From the NCBI RefSeq assembly GCF_004010195.1, contig NC_057751.1:8609023-8673022 (forward strand): 64,000 bases of DNA, in the 5' to 3' direction. Each line of letters begins with the position of its first letter. The stretch's first letter is position 1. Below are positions 1 to 12,871 of this stretch, piece after piece. This DNA is from Chiloscyllium plagiosum. Its lineage: Eukaryota. The notes beneath the pieces were generated by a model. It was not told where the DNA came from and searched no databases. It worked only from the letters and a program-made list of their open reading frames with translations. The position numbers and the translations under genes are program-made.

Positions 1-155
1 TGGAGGGCTGCGCGTTGTGAGGGTGAGAGGTTGGAGTGGGGGAGGGGGGTCGACAGGTTGAGGCGGTTAATGTCCCGGCAGCAGTTGGAAATGAAGAGGT
101 CGAGGGCAGGTATTAGGCCAGCGCGGGGTGTCCAGGTGGATAAACAGGTTGAGAG
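1..155 (-). mobile_element. Penelope-like element ORF fragment
   Basis: Minus-strand translation gives TWTPRAGLIPALDLFISNCCRDINRLNLSTPLPHSNLSPSQRAAL, resembling the region N-terminal to the RT core of fish/shark Penelope-like ORFs. It is CpG-rich relative to its flanks. Confidence 0.55.
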
Positions 156-179
156 AGATCTTTGATTATGTTGGTTGCT

Positions 180-410
180 TTTCCGAGGCATTGTGAAGGC
201 AAAAATTGAGTCAATGGATGGAAGGCAGCTTTGCATGATGGACTGGGCTGTGTTCACGACTCTCTGGAGTTTCTTGCAGTCTTGAGAACAGCAGTTTCCA
301 TTCCACGCTGTGATACATCCAGATGGGAGGTTTTCTATCGTGCATTTATAAAAATTGGTAAGACTCCCTGTGGATGTGCTGAATTTCCTTAGCCTCCTGA
401 GAAAGTAGGT
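180..410 (-). mobile_element. Rex1/Babar-type LINE fragment (RT C-terminal region)
   Basis: Minus strand encodes YFLRRLRKF...LTNFYKCTIE...GCITAWNGNC...KKLQRVVNTAQSIM, typical of the Rex-Babar C-terminus. Same family as 17410-18100. Confidence 0.65.
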
Positions 411-509
411 AACACATCTCATTGTTGGCTGTTTCAGCACTACAGTGTTAATATTCATGTTTGAAACATGCATTTTACATTACATACATGGCATAATAAG
501 CAACATGAA

Positions 510-853
510 AGAATCATAGAATCCCTAGAGTGTGAAAACAGGCCATTTGACCCAACAAGTCCACACCGACCCTTTGAAGAGTAACCCACTCAGACCCATT
601 CTTTTGTCCTATTATTCTGCATTTACCGCTGACTAATGCACCTACATGTCCCTGAACACTATGGGCAATTTAGCATGGCCAATTCACCTAACCTGCACAT
701 CTTTGGATGGTGGGAGGAAGCCAGAGCACTCAGGGGAAACCCACACAGACACAGAGAAAACGTGCAAATTCCACACAGTCACCCGAGGCTGGAATCAAAC
801 CAAGGTATCTGGCGCTGTGAGGCAGCAGTGCTAACCACTGAGCCACCGTGTCA
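510..853 (-). mobile_element. HE1-like tRNA-derived SINE
   Basis: On the minus strand: tRNA-like head (GGTGGCTCAGTGGTTAGCACTGCTGCCTCACAGC...), conserved body (GTGTGG...TTTGCACGTT) and CR1-like tail. Many homologues in the window. Confidence 0.85.
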
Positions 854-959
854 TTCTAAGAGGAGTCATAAAGAAGCTATAAGGGGTTTGGGGTTTGTTT
901 CTGAAGGAAACTAAAATTTGCAGAATAGAGAAAGTAAAATTCAAATCGCATCAAACCTT

Positions 960-1425
960 AATAAGGTGACAGTGAGGCTCTGTGAAAAGGTCTGGTCTTC
1001 ATTTTTCGGAAAGAAATGGAGCACTTGAAGATACAAAAATGATTGACTGGATATGAGAACTTACAGGAAATATTGAACACACCAAGAGAACAAATGAAGA
1101 CTAAGACGTCTTTAAGAAAATGAAACAATTGCACAAAGTGAAGGTGGACAAAATGTTTCCACTTGAGTTTAAGATTGAAACTGGTGACCACCAGGAAACA
1201 ATGGGGACTAACAGCTCACACAGGATATTCAGGAGAAATTTCTTCTGCCCAGAGAGGAGAATATGGAAGTAAAAATGACAGAATAGCTGAGGTGAGTGAA
1301 TTGCATAGATAAGATGAGGAGGAAAACAGCAGGGGGACGCATTAATGGGATGAATGAGGAAGTACACTTGCAGCATAAAGAGAATGGACCAATTGAGCAA
1401 ACAACCATTATCTGTGCTATATATA
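960..1425 (+). mobile_element. Highly degraded CR1 LINE 3' fragment
   Basis: Remnant similarity to the CR1 3' region (aaggtggacaaaatgtttccact..., aggagaaatttcttctgcccagagagg...). Confidence 0.45.
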
Positions 1426-2255
1426 CCTCAACACAGCTTAGGTGAATTTGATTAGTGCAAGAATCTGAATAGGTTGGCTTTACATCCTTCAATCCTTTCA
1501 ACCTAAGTAAGTGATTAGTTGCGATTCAGATTCACAATTTTAGAATGTGTGAGGCATTTTTGTAATGGGGCTAATGTGACAAAGTTTCCACTTCAGGGCA
1601 TCGCATTGAAAAGTGACTTGAGAACTACATGAGGCAATGGCTGACAAGGTGCCATCTCAGTGAGTCATCTACCACAGTCCCAGTCTTCATATGACAGTGT
1701 TGTGATCAAACCCAGAACTGTAAAACTAACTAACTAGAGAACTCTCGCCCAAAACAATGAGGCTTTTAGTTTCAGTGCACCATTCTGCCCTCAGACATGA
1801 AGCAGGAATTTTGAAACGTTGAAAATTTCAAGTCCAAACCAAATTATCATTCTCTGGCTTTCACAGTGGCAGAACAAGGAGTAACATGCCATAACTACTT
1901 TCCAGAGGGAGGGGTGGTCAACTACAACTTTTTAAGGAGACGCCATTACTCCTTTTATCAGAATGTCTGTTCTGAAATCGTGCCTGTGGATGATAATGAC
2001 ATTGAAGAAGGCAACGAGGGCTGAGTGTGCATGGCAAATGTGCTTACAGCACTCCTTATGACCAAAGTGTAGAGAAATGTTTTGTCTGGACACAACATGC
2101 TAATCCTGGAAATATCCAAACTTCCCCATGGTCTGATCCAACTTCCAGTTTGGTATGTATTTACATCTCAGAGTTGTGATGCAAAGATGGATCTCACAAA
2201 TTTCTAGATGTGCAAAAGGTTTCATTCACTGATATGAAACAAAGAAATGCAGATG

Positions 2256-2367
2256 CTGGAAATCTGAGACAGAAACAGAAATTGTTGGAGAAACTCAGCA
2301 GGTCAGGCAGCCTCTCTGGATAGAAAGCAGAGTCAACATTTCAAGTCCAGTGGCCCTTCTTCAGAAT
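2256..2367 (-). mobile_element. Penelope-derived short element with degraded hammerhead motif (duplicated copy at ~3272-3383)
   Basis: Minus strand reads ttCTGAAGAagggccactggacttGAAAtgttgactc...gctgcctgacctgctgagtttctccaac...ccagcatctgca. Confidence 0.6.
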
Positions 2368-2806
2368 GGGTTTGGGTCAGGGTTAGGATTTACTCATAGT
2401 GCTTTAAAAGGTCTGCTCTACACTTCAATCCAGTGCGAGTTCCTTACCACAACACACCCCAGTCCCTACCCAGACTTAGCCAGTCAACAAAACTGACTCA
2501 CGTCAAACACAGATAAATAAAACACTGGAAACCTTCCTCTCTTCCTTCCTTCACACCCCAACTCCCACAAACTCATTCCAACTCCCTGAACAATGCTGCA
2601 GCCTCACGACAGGGATTTCTTGTGTTACTCCTGATGCCTGGCAACCGGGAAATCTGTTAGTAGACACGAAGAATCTCAATGATGTTCACGAGCCTCAATT
2701 CTGAACCCCTTCCCCACTGCCGCACCAAGCTCACATCTCAATAGATTTCAGAATGGTTAAAAACGTCCATTACGTATAACAATGCTGACAAACAACCTAC
2801 ATGGTT

Positions 2807-3011
2807 GGGCGGCACGGTGGCACAGTGGTTAGCACTGCTGCCTCGCAGCGCCAGAGACCCGGGTTCAATTCCCGACTCAGGCGACTGACTGTGTGGAGTT
2901 TGCACGTTCTCCCCATGTCTGCGTGGGTTTCCTCCGGGTGCTCCGGTTTCCTCCCACAGTCCAAAGATGTGCAGGTTAGGTGAATTGGCCATACTAAATT
3001 GCCCGTAGTGT
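2807..3011 (+). mobile_element. HE1-like SINE, young subfamily, 5' part only
   Basis: gggcggcacggtggcacagtggttagcactgctgcctcgcagcgccagagacccgggttcaattccc, with A/B boxes. Near-identical to the copies at 28348 and 47161. Confidence 0.9.
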
Positions 3012-3820
3012 ATGACATTGAAGAAGGCAACGAGGGCTGAGTGTGCATGGCAAATGTGCTTACAGCACTCCTTATGACCAAAGTGTAGAGAAATGTTTTG
3101 TCTGGACACAACATGCTAATCCTGGAAATATCCAAACTTCCCCATGGTCTGATCCAACTTCCAGTTTGGTATGTATTTACATCTCAGAGTTGTGATGCAA
3201 AGATGGATCTCACAAATTTCTAGATGTGCAAAAGGTTTCATTCACTGATATGAAACAAAGAAATGCAGATGCTGGAAATCTGAGACAGAAACAGAAATTG
3301 TTGGAGAAACTCAGCAGGTCAGGCAGCCTCTCTGGATAGAAAGCAGAGTCAACATTTCAAGTCCAGTGGCCCTTCTTCAGAATGGGTTTGGGTCAGGGTT
3401 AGGATTTACTCATAGTGCTTTAAAAGGTCTGCTCTACACTTCAATCCAGTGCGAGTTCCTTACCACAACACACCCCAGTCCCTTCCCAGACTTAGCCAGT
3501 CAACAAAACTGACTCACCATCAAACACAGATAAATAAAACACTGGACACCTTCCTCTCTTCCTTCCTTCACACCCCAACTCCCACAAACTCACTCCAACT
3601 CCCTGAACAATGCTGCAGCCTCGCGACAGGGATTTCTTGTGTTACTCCTGATGCCTGGCAGCCGGGAAATCTGTTAGTAGACACAAAGAATCTCAATGAT
3701 GTTCACGAGCCTCAATTCCGAACCCCTTCCCCACTGCCGCACCAAGCTCACATCTCAATAGATGTCAGAATGGTTAAAAACATCCATTACGTATGACAAT
3801 GCTGACAAACAACCAACATG

Positions 3821-4166
3821 ATGGGGTGGCTCAGTGGTTAGCATTGCTGCCTCACAGCATCAGGGACACAGGTTTGATCACACCCTTGGGTGATGGTCTG
3901 TGTGCAGTTTGCACTTTACCACTATATCTGCGTGGGTTTTCTCTGGGTGCCCTGGTTTCCTCCCACAGTCCAAACCTGTGCAGGTTGGGTGGGTTGGCCA
4001 TGGGAAATAGTCCTGTCGTGTTCAGGGATGTGCAGGCTAGGTGGGTTAGCCGTGGGAAATGCAGTGTTACAGGAACAGGCTTGGGGGGTGGGTCTGGATG
4101 GGATGCTCTAAGGAGGGGTGGTGTGGAGTCAAATGGCCTGCTTGCACATTGTGGAGATTCTTAGAT
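3821..4166 (+). mobile_element. HE1-like SINE, older diverged copy
   Basis: gggtggctcagtggttagcattgctgcctcacagc head, conserved body, and tail ending ggagattcttagattct. Confidence 0.8.
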
Positions 4167-4307
4167 TCTGTTACGAGCACAGACAGAAACTTACAGCAAG
4201 GAAGAATTCATCAATTTGAATCAATAAACTACATTCAAGAAAACTTCGCCTCATTTCCTTTTTAGATCTTTTACCAGGAATGACTTCTCATTCCTGACCT
4301 GCTCAAT

Positions 4308-4590
4308 TGTAGAATCATAGATTCCCAGTATGGACGCAGGCCATTCAGCCCATCGAGTCCACACCGACTCTCCGAGAAGCATCTTACTTAAAACCCACCC
4401 ACCCCCACTCCATTCCATTACATTTCCCATACCTAATTCACATGCCTGGACTGCGGGAGAAAAATCAAAGCACCTGGAGGAAACCCATGTGACATGGGGA
4501 GAAAGTGCTAACTCCACACAGTTGCCCGATGTTGGAATGAACCCAGGTTTCTGGTGCTGTGAGGTAACTGTGCTAACCACTGAGCCACTC
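4308..4590 (-). mobile_element. HE1-like SINE (diverged)
   Basis: gtgctaaccactgagccac head complement at ~4570-4588 and tagaatcatagattccc tail. Confidence 0.8.
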
Positions 4591-5128
4591 AACATAGGAT
4601 GTCACTTTCCTCTGCCTTTCCTATTAAAACCTCTCATCATATTGTCGGCCCTTGATTTGTCTACTCTTGGCCCCTTTCCATGCTGAGGTGAACAGCCCCA
4701 ACGTCTCTAAGCTCCCCTCAGAAATTAGGTCCCACCTGTCATGAGCAAATCTGCAGGGCTTTGTTTGTAAATGAGTAGCTTTGTGTTGCAAAGATTTCAA
4801 ACAAAGTGCTTCTTGCACTAGATTTGTTTGTTCCCAAAATCCTCCAGGAGGACACATTTTGCTCCCAGATCCCACCAAAAGCGGAGCAGATCCAATGTGA
4901 TTGCATTCCTTCTTCCGTCATTCCTTACGATCTGTGCAATGTCTTCAAAGCCCATTCCTCCCTGTCCGAGGGCATAAGGAGTCACTCACGAGAATGTGGG
5001 ACTGACCAGGTAGTCTGGGCAGATCCCTGGGTCTGTCTCCAGTTGGATTTTTTTTAAAAACATGTCATTCCCTGAGTTTCCAAGGTCAGTGTGCGCAATG
5101 ACATCTCACAGATCATCAAGATTTTGAT

Positions 5129-5564
5129 GATTCGATTTCACAATCAGCCGCAATGTGATCTGAGCTTATGACGTCCACTGATTCATGATTGTGCCAAGGT
5201 GACTCTGGGAATAGATTTAATTTCAAGAGGAAACACGAACACTAGCTTATCACAGGGATGAGGGAAGCACAGACGACGCAACCCAGGAGGCATAGGCATA
5301 TTATTTAATGCCACATACATTTGTCACACTGCAAGGATGCCTGCGATTCGATTTCACAATCAGCCGCAATGTGATCTGAGCTTATGACGTCCACTGATTC
5401 ATGATTGTGCCAAGGTGACTCTGGGAATAGATTTAATTTCAAGAGGAAACACGAACACCAGCTTTTCACAGGGATGAGGGAAGCACAGGCGACGCAGGCA
5501 ACCCAGGAGGCACAGGCATATTATTTAATGCCACATACATTTGTCACACTGCAAGGATGCCTGC
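5129..5564. repeat. Tandem duplication of ~216-220 bp (5129-5344, 5345-5564)
   Basis: Both units run gattcgatttcacaatcagccgc...gtcacactgcaaggatgcctgc, with a few substitutions and a 4-bp indel. Confidence 0.95.
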
Positions 5565-5950
5565 CTTGAAGAAGTTTTCCTCCTCTCTCTACAAGAATCT
5601 CAGGGAGTCCCTCTCCCACTGCAACTCCCAGGTCATTTCCTCTGCCCTGAAGCTCTTCCGACCTGTCTAGCTCCTTTTTCACCTATCCACTCCACCCTCT
5701 CCTCCCTGACCTATCACCTTCATCTCCTCCCCCACTCACCTATTGTACTCTATGCTACTTTCTCCCCACCCCCACCCTCCTCTAGCTTATCTCTCCATGC
5801 TTCAGGCTCTCTGCCTTTATTCCTGATGAAGGGCTTTTGCCCGAAACGTCGATTTTGCTGCTCGTCAGATGCTGCCTGAATAGCTGTGCTCTTCCAGCAC
5901 CACTGATCCAGAATCTGGTTTCCAGCATCTGCAGTCATTGTTTTTACCTC
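5555..5950 (+). mobile_element. Penelope-like element 3' terminal fragment with hammerhead motif
   Basis: Pyrimidine-rich body, then ttcCTGATGAagggcttttgcccGAAAcgtcga and the shared tail gatgctgcctga...ttccagca...ccagcatctgcagtc. Confidence 0.75.
5823..5850 (+). ncRNA. Minimal type I hammerhead ribozyme motif
   Basis: CUGAUGA-A-GGGC(UUUU)GCCC-GAAA-C-GUC, with palindromic ACGU helix III and 2-bp helix I (UC/GA). Confidence 0.7.
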
Positions 5951-6935
5951 ACTGAGAATGATCCATGGGGAACGGTGGGACCAGGCTTTTACAGAAAGGG
6001 ATGCTCAACACAAGAGAAAGAGGTGGGAATTCTGGGCAAACATCCTGGCAGTGTTTTACCCCACATTTACAGAAAAACATGTGACAGAAAAGGAGTGGAG
6101 ACAGAGAGGCAAGCAGAGATTGCAAGGAGAGAGAGGGGTATTGGTCACAAGCAACATAGTGGTTTGGGGTGCGTGGAAGGTGGGGGATATCTTGGTTGGT
6201 TATGGAGCACGAGGAGTGGGGAGCATTCAATCATTGGCTGTGGTTCAATTTGATCTTCATGGAACTACCAGTAGCTGAGCTGTGGGAGAGGGCAAGTTAC
6301 TCCTCTCCGTCCACATGCAATGCTCTGAAGGCAATTAACGTCCATGAGGTTTAAACTGAAGACAATGAGTTTGAAGTAGGTTGTACCATGGGTTTGAAAT
6401 TACAAATTCATGTAATTGATACAGATTTGTAAATAGTTGAAGCTCAAGCGCTGATGGCTGCAACACTACTGCACAGTTGAATTCTGAAAATCATGTGATC
6501 GCAGTTCTTCAGCCGGTCCTCCATCTGATACATTGACTCCAATCCCACCAACCCCATTGTTGTCTAACACTCTTTTGTGCGCAACCTTAGTACATGCCTT
6601 CTGAAAATCCAAATTAATAGCATCCATCAGTGGGGCTGTCATGGTGCAGTGGTAAGGTCCCTGGCTTTGATCCAGGTGGACTGAGTTCAAATCCCACCTG
6701 CTCCAGAGGGGTGGAATAACAGATTAAAAAGAAGGTGTCTCGCATCCAACGGTTCCTCAGTTTCGATCCAGCTGGCTACAGTCTATTATTCAGAGACTGC
6801 CTTGTAAATTCCAATATTTTCACTTCTTAACCTCCTCTTTCCCAGTGAGATCACATTCATTTCATATAAAAGCTCATCAACATCCAACTCCTGCATCCTG
6901 CCCAGTTGCTCTCTTTCGTCTGAACAGTTGCAGTT

Positions 6936-7546
6936 ATGACAATGCTACTCCTTTAACGAGGTTATATTGTCCTTGGTTTTTTTTTCAGGCAGTCGTAAAA
7001 GACACAGACTCTGAAAAGTCTAAGTTGAAGGGCTTTAGGGCCAATTTGATAGTAGCTAACAGATAACGCCTCAGGGAAAAAGCTTTTAAGTTTTTGAAAA
7101 ACATTTGTACAATGAAAGGGGAGTGGCCAGTTCTCCCAGTTCAGCTCTACTCTGGTTTGGTTTGGTTTTTAGCAGTAGTGTTGTGAAGTTGATGAACCCA
7201 AGAGAAGCAGGTCTATGCTGACCATCTCTCTCTGCCTTCTCTCCTGTAAGACTGTGTTTGATTTTACCTTTTGTGCCAAGGATTGTTTATGGGGATTGTT
7301 GCAAGTATTTGCAATCATTAAATTGGGATAACCTATTGGGTTTTCGGATAGGTTATTCTGTTCTCTTTAGTTTGTGTTTCATTCAGTAATCTTATAAATA
7401 AATTCTGTTTTGTTTAAAACTACATGGTTTGACCAGCTGCATCCCTCCTGGAATATCCACATTAAACCTGCTTAAAACAACTCGCAAAGTTAGAGTCCAG
7501 GCTACTTTCTTGTATTGATTTGAGGGGTCTGGTCTAATCCATAACA
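6936..7546 (+). mobile_element. Solo-LTR-like repeat (family A)
   Basis: ~610 bp, (T)ATGAC...AATAAA...GGTCTGGTCTAATCCATAACA. Homologous to 36420-37067, 34743-35100, 37752-38397, 44282-44922 and 27490-28112. Confidence 0.55.
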
Positions 7547-7917
7547 TGACCTTTTTCAGTTTCTGGAACAAGCTTCCATTTCTAAAGATTTGCATTTCTC
7601 AACCCTATATCTCTCCTACACCAATCTTTGTCAAGTTTTATCATCCATCGTGTGTTACCATTCCTTTTTCAGTCTTCCAACATCATGGTTTCTCCACATT
7701 AAATTCGACCCAATAGAGACTTATCAAGCCTGTTACCTATTTCCGAGACCATTCTCTGGGTAAGGGTTCCCAAATTACTGCAGTCCCAAACAGGGGATCC
7801 TGGGATTGTCATACTCTCAGATGAAGAACACTTTGTTAATTCACCCAACATCTCAGATGGTTGCAGGAGAATTAACCTCAAAAGCATAAAAATCAAAAGA
7901 ACCGAGGATATTATCAA

Positions 7918-8022
7918 TCAGAAACAAAGACAGAAGGTGCTGGAAAAGCTCAGCAGGTCTGGTAGCACCCATGAAGAGAAGTCAAAATTACCATTTTGGG
8001 TGCAGTGACCCTTCCTCAGAAC
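7918..8022 (-). mobile_element. Penelope-derived short element with degraded hammerhead motif
   Basis: Minus strand reads gttCTGAGGAagggtcactgcacccAAAAtggt...ccagacctgctgagcttttccagca. Confidence 0.55.
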
Positions 8023-8386
8023 CTTAAAAGCATCCCTTTCCTTGTGGATTTCTTTCTCCCAGACCAGAGTAATTTAGTTGTAAAAGGAGCTCTTTACCAG
8101 GATTTCTTGAGTTAATGCAAGACTGAGTTTGTTAACCACTAAACATGAGCAGAAATAGGAATGCAACACATACACCCAGTTCAGAAATTGAGGGGTGACT
8201 CAAAAATGTATTTTTTAAAATACGGATAGATCTCCAAATTCCTGAAAGAGTAGATGATGGACCATTGAGTTATATTGGGAGAATAAATGTTGTAGGCGAG
8301 CAGTAGATTTTGAAATACTTGCTTCAAAGGTCTGCAAAAATTCCTTTGTCCTGTTTAGTTCCAACATGAGCTGGCTTACAGCACTC

Positions 8387-8421
<35 letters not shown>

Positions 8422-8422
8422 G
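8387..8422. repeat. (AG)n microsatellite
   Basis: Directly visible AG run with one interruption. Confidence 0.95.
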
Positions 8423-9444
8423 ACATGACCTTTATTTTCTTATCTGGAGTGCAAGGGTAATCCACCATCAGATACAAACTCAGAATTGCAGTTGGTATGT
8501 CACCTCTGTTTTAAAAAATCCTGGCAGTGTAAACAGTTTTTGGACCCATGCCCCAACCTTGGAATACGGCACACAGGAAAGATCTTCTGGCTGAGAGAAG
8601 GTTCTGAGACTGATTTATATATCTGTCCATTCAAACCTTTCTCTTTCACGTTCCTCAGCACTCAATGTGGTGTGACATTTCAGGGGTTCACCAAGGGAGG
8701 TTTTTGGCTTTTGCAAACTGAGAATTCACATGATCTTTCAGACTTGGTTTGCAATTCTTGTTATATAAAAAAATATATGTTGCCCCCCCCCCCCCCCCCC
8801 CAAGTTCAATGCGGCCATAACTAATTTGGGATTCTGATCAGTCATCATGACACCATCCAGGGCATTCTGAAGACACACAAGACCCCGAGTAATGGAAGAT
8901 CCCAGACTGGTTCACGATTTTCGGCTGTCTATTTTATTTTGACAGATTAAAGTGCAATGATGTTTTGCAAAATTTGTCTTTAACTAGTAATTCAACTAAA
9001 ATATCTCCAGCCATAATTTTAATCAGAGTTTATGCCTTCATTAAAATGCAATCCAAAAAAAATGTTTTGTCAGTTCCTAACTCACACCTCCGCACCATCC
9101 CACTTACCTACATGATTCCTCTAGAATAATGTCAATCACAGTCTATTTATATTTGACTCTAAGTCACGAGAAAAGTGCTTCCCCAACAACCTTGCTGCGG
9201 CCAGTAGTTAAAAGCCCTGTACCAGTCACAAATGGTCTTGATCAGACTGAGCCATAACATCACTATGTGCCACATCATCTCATCAACTGGCTCAATCATC
9301 CAATTTCCTGACTTCTATTCTGTGGTCTGAAATATACTTCAATTTAGCGGAAAACACTCACTGATCCACGTTTTGATAAACTGACAGTTTAACACTTTGC
9401 CGTGGTTGTGTTTGGCCAGATGTGGACTGCACAAGTAAAAAGAT

Positions 9445-10665
9445 TATAAGGCACTATGACATTGGAGCAGGAATTAGGCCATTTGACCCCTCAAGTCTGC
9501 TCCGCCATTCCTTCATGGCTGGTAGGTTTTTCAACGCCATTCTCCCACTTTCTCCCCATAACCTTTGGTCCCCTTGGCAATCAAGAACTTATCTACCTCT
9601 GTTTTTAAGTATACTCAATGACCTGGCCTCTACAGCCTTCTGTGGCATTGATTGCACAGATTCACCGCTCTAGCTGAAGAAGCTTCTCCTTACCTCTGTT
9701 CTAAATGGTCTACCCTTATCTCTAAGGCTGTGCCCTCGGTTGCTCGTCTCTCCTCCCAATGGAAACATCTTCCCAACGTCCACTCTGTCCAGGCTGTTCA
9801 GTATTCTGTCAGTTTCAATCACATCTCCCCTGATCCTTCTAAACTCCATCGAGTATAGTCCCAGGGTCCTCAAACACTCCTCATATGTTAAGCTCCCATT
9901 CCTGGGATCATTCTCATGAATGTCCTCTGGACCCGCCCCAGGAGTATGGGGCCACAATATTCTAAATATGGTCTGACCAGAGCCTAATGAAGCCTCAGAA
10001 GTGCATCCCTGCTTTTATATTCTCGTCATCTTGAAATGAATGGCAACATTGTATTTGCCTTCCTAACTACCAACACAACCTGCAAGTTTACCTGAAGAGA
10101 ATCCTGGACTAGAACTCCCAAGCCCCTTTGTACTTCGATTTCTGAATTTTCTCCCCATTTAGAAAATAGCCCATGCCTCTATTCTTCCCATCAAAGTGTA
10201 TGACCTGACAGTTCCCCATGTTGTATTTCATCTGCCACTTCTTTGCCCACTCTCTTAACCTGTTCAAATCCTTCTGCAACCTCCTTGCTTCATGAATACT
10301 ATCTGCCCCTCCACCTATCTTTGTATCATCTGCAAACTTAGCCAAATTTCCCTCAGTTCCTTCATCTAGGTTGTTAATGTATAAAGCAAAAAGTCTTTGT
10401 CCTAACACTGACCATGTGGAACACCTCTAGTCACTGGCTTCCATCCTGAGAAGGACCCTTTTATCCCCACTCTCTGCCTTCTGCCAGACAACCAGGCTTC
10501 TATCCGTGCTAGCACCTTGTCTCTGGCACCATGGGCCCTTACCTTCCTCAGCAACCTCCTGTATGGCACCTTACCAAAAGCCTTCTGGAAGCCCAGATAG
10601 ATAACAATTATTGGCTCTCCTTGGTCTATCCTGTTCATTACCTCCTCAATGAATTCTAATAGATG
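9445..10665 (-). mobile_element. CR1 LINE 3' portion (RT domain, frameshifted)
   Basis: ORF fragments LLEFIEEV...IYLGFQKAFGKVP, LAKFADDTKIGG...LQKDLNRLREWAKKWQM and GLYSMEFRRIRGD. Confidence 0.9.
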
Positions 10666-10854
10666 ATCTAAAGACAAACTGATGACAACTGTAATTGCAT
10701 AATAAAATGTGGAACTCTGCCATTTCAAAAATACACACCACACATCATGACATTTTGGTCATCTGACTAAGTTTCGTATGACAGGTTTTAAGGGAGAATT
10801 GAGGGGATAAAAACAGGTAAATCCAAACTTAAGGCATTTCACTATGTGTTAGAA

Positions 10855-11250
10855 AGGCCATGATTGATTGGCTTTGCTGAAGGTGCTGGTGAGAAGGCCA
10901 CTTTGAATCACTGCAGTTCATGTCGAGTGGGGATACTGCTGTTCATGGATTTTGATCCAGCAACAGTGAAGAAATGGAAATTTGGCACCAAGTCAGAACA
11001 GGGTTTGATTTGGAGGGGAAATTACAAATGGTAATGTCCCCACAACATCAACTGACATTGTTCTGTTCGGCAGTACAGGTCTTAGGTTTAGAAGCTGCTG
11101 TTGCAGGACTCTTGATTTGAAGGCACAGCATTTTGTACATAATACACATTGTTATTGTTGTGTACTGGAGGCAGAGAGCGCGAATCTTGAAGGTGCTAGA
11201 TGGGGTGCCCATCAAGTGGGCTACCTCATCCAGGATGCTGTTAGTTTTTG
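10855..11250 (-). mobile_element. Old CR1/L2-group LINE fragment
   Basis: Similar to 39960-40215 and reverse-complementary in part to 31070-31830 (…catccaggac…/…tccaggatg…). Confidence 0.4.
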
Positions 11251-12871
11251 TGAGATATCAACAGAAAGGGCTGCCAGAACTGAGCAGGTCTGGCAGAATC
11301 TGTGGAGAGAGAAGCAGAGTTAACATAACAGAGTTCATTGATTCCACTTTGAAACTCAGCATCCACAGTATTTTGCTTACAGTTGAGTTTCTTGGGTGCT
11401 GATGAAGCAGCACCCATCTAGATATTTGAAGAGGGCTCTGTGACAATCGTGACTGGTACCCTGTACATGATGGACAGGCTTTGAGCAGACATGGGGGCAA
11501 AGTATCCCCTTCAACAGCAGGGGACACAAATGAAGCAAATTAGGAACTGGGAACATGAACTGAGAAACTGAACCCTATTTTGTCACCCAAAGGGAAGGTC
11601 ATTGAAACCCTGGTGTCCACAGGTTAAAGTTGCAACAAGAAAATATTTTCATCAATCCCTCCTCACTACAAGAGTGCCACAACCATAGACACAACCGTTA
11701 TGTCGTCTGATTGGTGCTCCTTGAAGTACTGTGTACTTAATGTTCGATAAAACACTGAAAATTCAAGAAATTCTCAGCATCTTAAAAGGTTGCTTGCTTA
11801 CTCCAAATAAACAGCCCGACATGTTCAGTGTCTCCAGCATTTCTCATGTTGCTTTCACATTTCTACAGTAGCAGCTTTTCATTTTAAGTTCAGAATTAAG
11901 TTGACCATCAAGTAGAATCTGACAATGAGGGGCATTTCTTGGCTGTTCAGGTCAGCCTCATGCAACAAGAAATCATTGTCAGGATCGTATATTCGTCTGC
12001 AACTTGGCCGGGTTACACGTTCTGAAGACTTGACTGCCTCACAATACCAAGCAGTTTAAAAACGAGCAGCCACCAATAGTGAAGGATTTGCCTCAGACAG
12101 CTTCAAGATGAAATAATAAGAGGAGTTGATGCTTGGAGTTCATCACAGCTCAGTTGAAACTATCAGGATCAACTCATTTAAAGGCTTCATCAGATACAAT
12201 CCAGAAACATTCCTGTTTGATTGTCGCTATGCTATCCGAGCTGGTATTCCTCCCCAAACCATCACTGCCGACGAGATCCATTAACAACTTCTTCATTTCA
12301 TCACCTGTTTCTGGTGATACGTGCCGCAAAGAGCTGTTACACAAATGCTCGTATATTTCACTTTTCTCAGCTGCGTTCTGATCATAAATTCTACCTTGCG
12401 GACATGGTCCGGACCATTTTGTTCAACGCTCACTTTTGGTTGCAACCGTCCTCGCAAAGACAATACATCAGCTCAATCTTTTCCTTCTGCAGCAAAGGGT
12501 GGAGAGAGATTGTCATGAGAAATAAGTGAGTCTGAGCTGATATTTCAGAACAGCGTCAAACGCCACCAAGCAGCTGAGCCGAACCGATCAGACGCACATT
12601 TCAGGAAAGCTTTGTTCAGTAATTTTGCCCTCAGCAATTCACAGAGAGCCTGTGAATTACTTTGGATTCAATTGCCTGCAATTTTCTCCTTGAACTGTAG
12701 GCCAACACGGCTCGAAACATTATTCAATCAACTCAGTGCGCACACTTCTGTTGGGCATCCTTTGTCCTGAAAATGTGTCTCCCAAGGAAGATTCCACATG
12801 GGACAGCAAAACAAGTTTCATGATCTCATCTTAAAAGCAATCCGCTTACTTTATGCCACCATGATCTTTCG

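Larger units (their letters stand above)
1996..3820. repeat. Tandem duplication of ~0.8 kb (1996-2803 and 3012-3820) separated by a 3'-truncated SINE
   Basis: Both copies start atgacattgaagaaggcaacgagggctgag and end gctgacaaacaacc(t/a)acatg. They are nearly identical, with scattered substitutions mainly in the distal part. Confidence 0.95.

Noticed and set aside
2807..2880. tRNA gene
   Set aside because: The tRNA-like head is continuous with the SINE body and multicopy in the window; it is a SINE promoter, not a tRNA.
12434..12486. 53-nt minus-strand coding exon (KEKIELMYCLCEDGCNQ)
   Set aside because: The acceptor is plausible, but the peptide is unrecognised and no partner exons were found. 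Kept only as part of the CpG-region finding.
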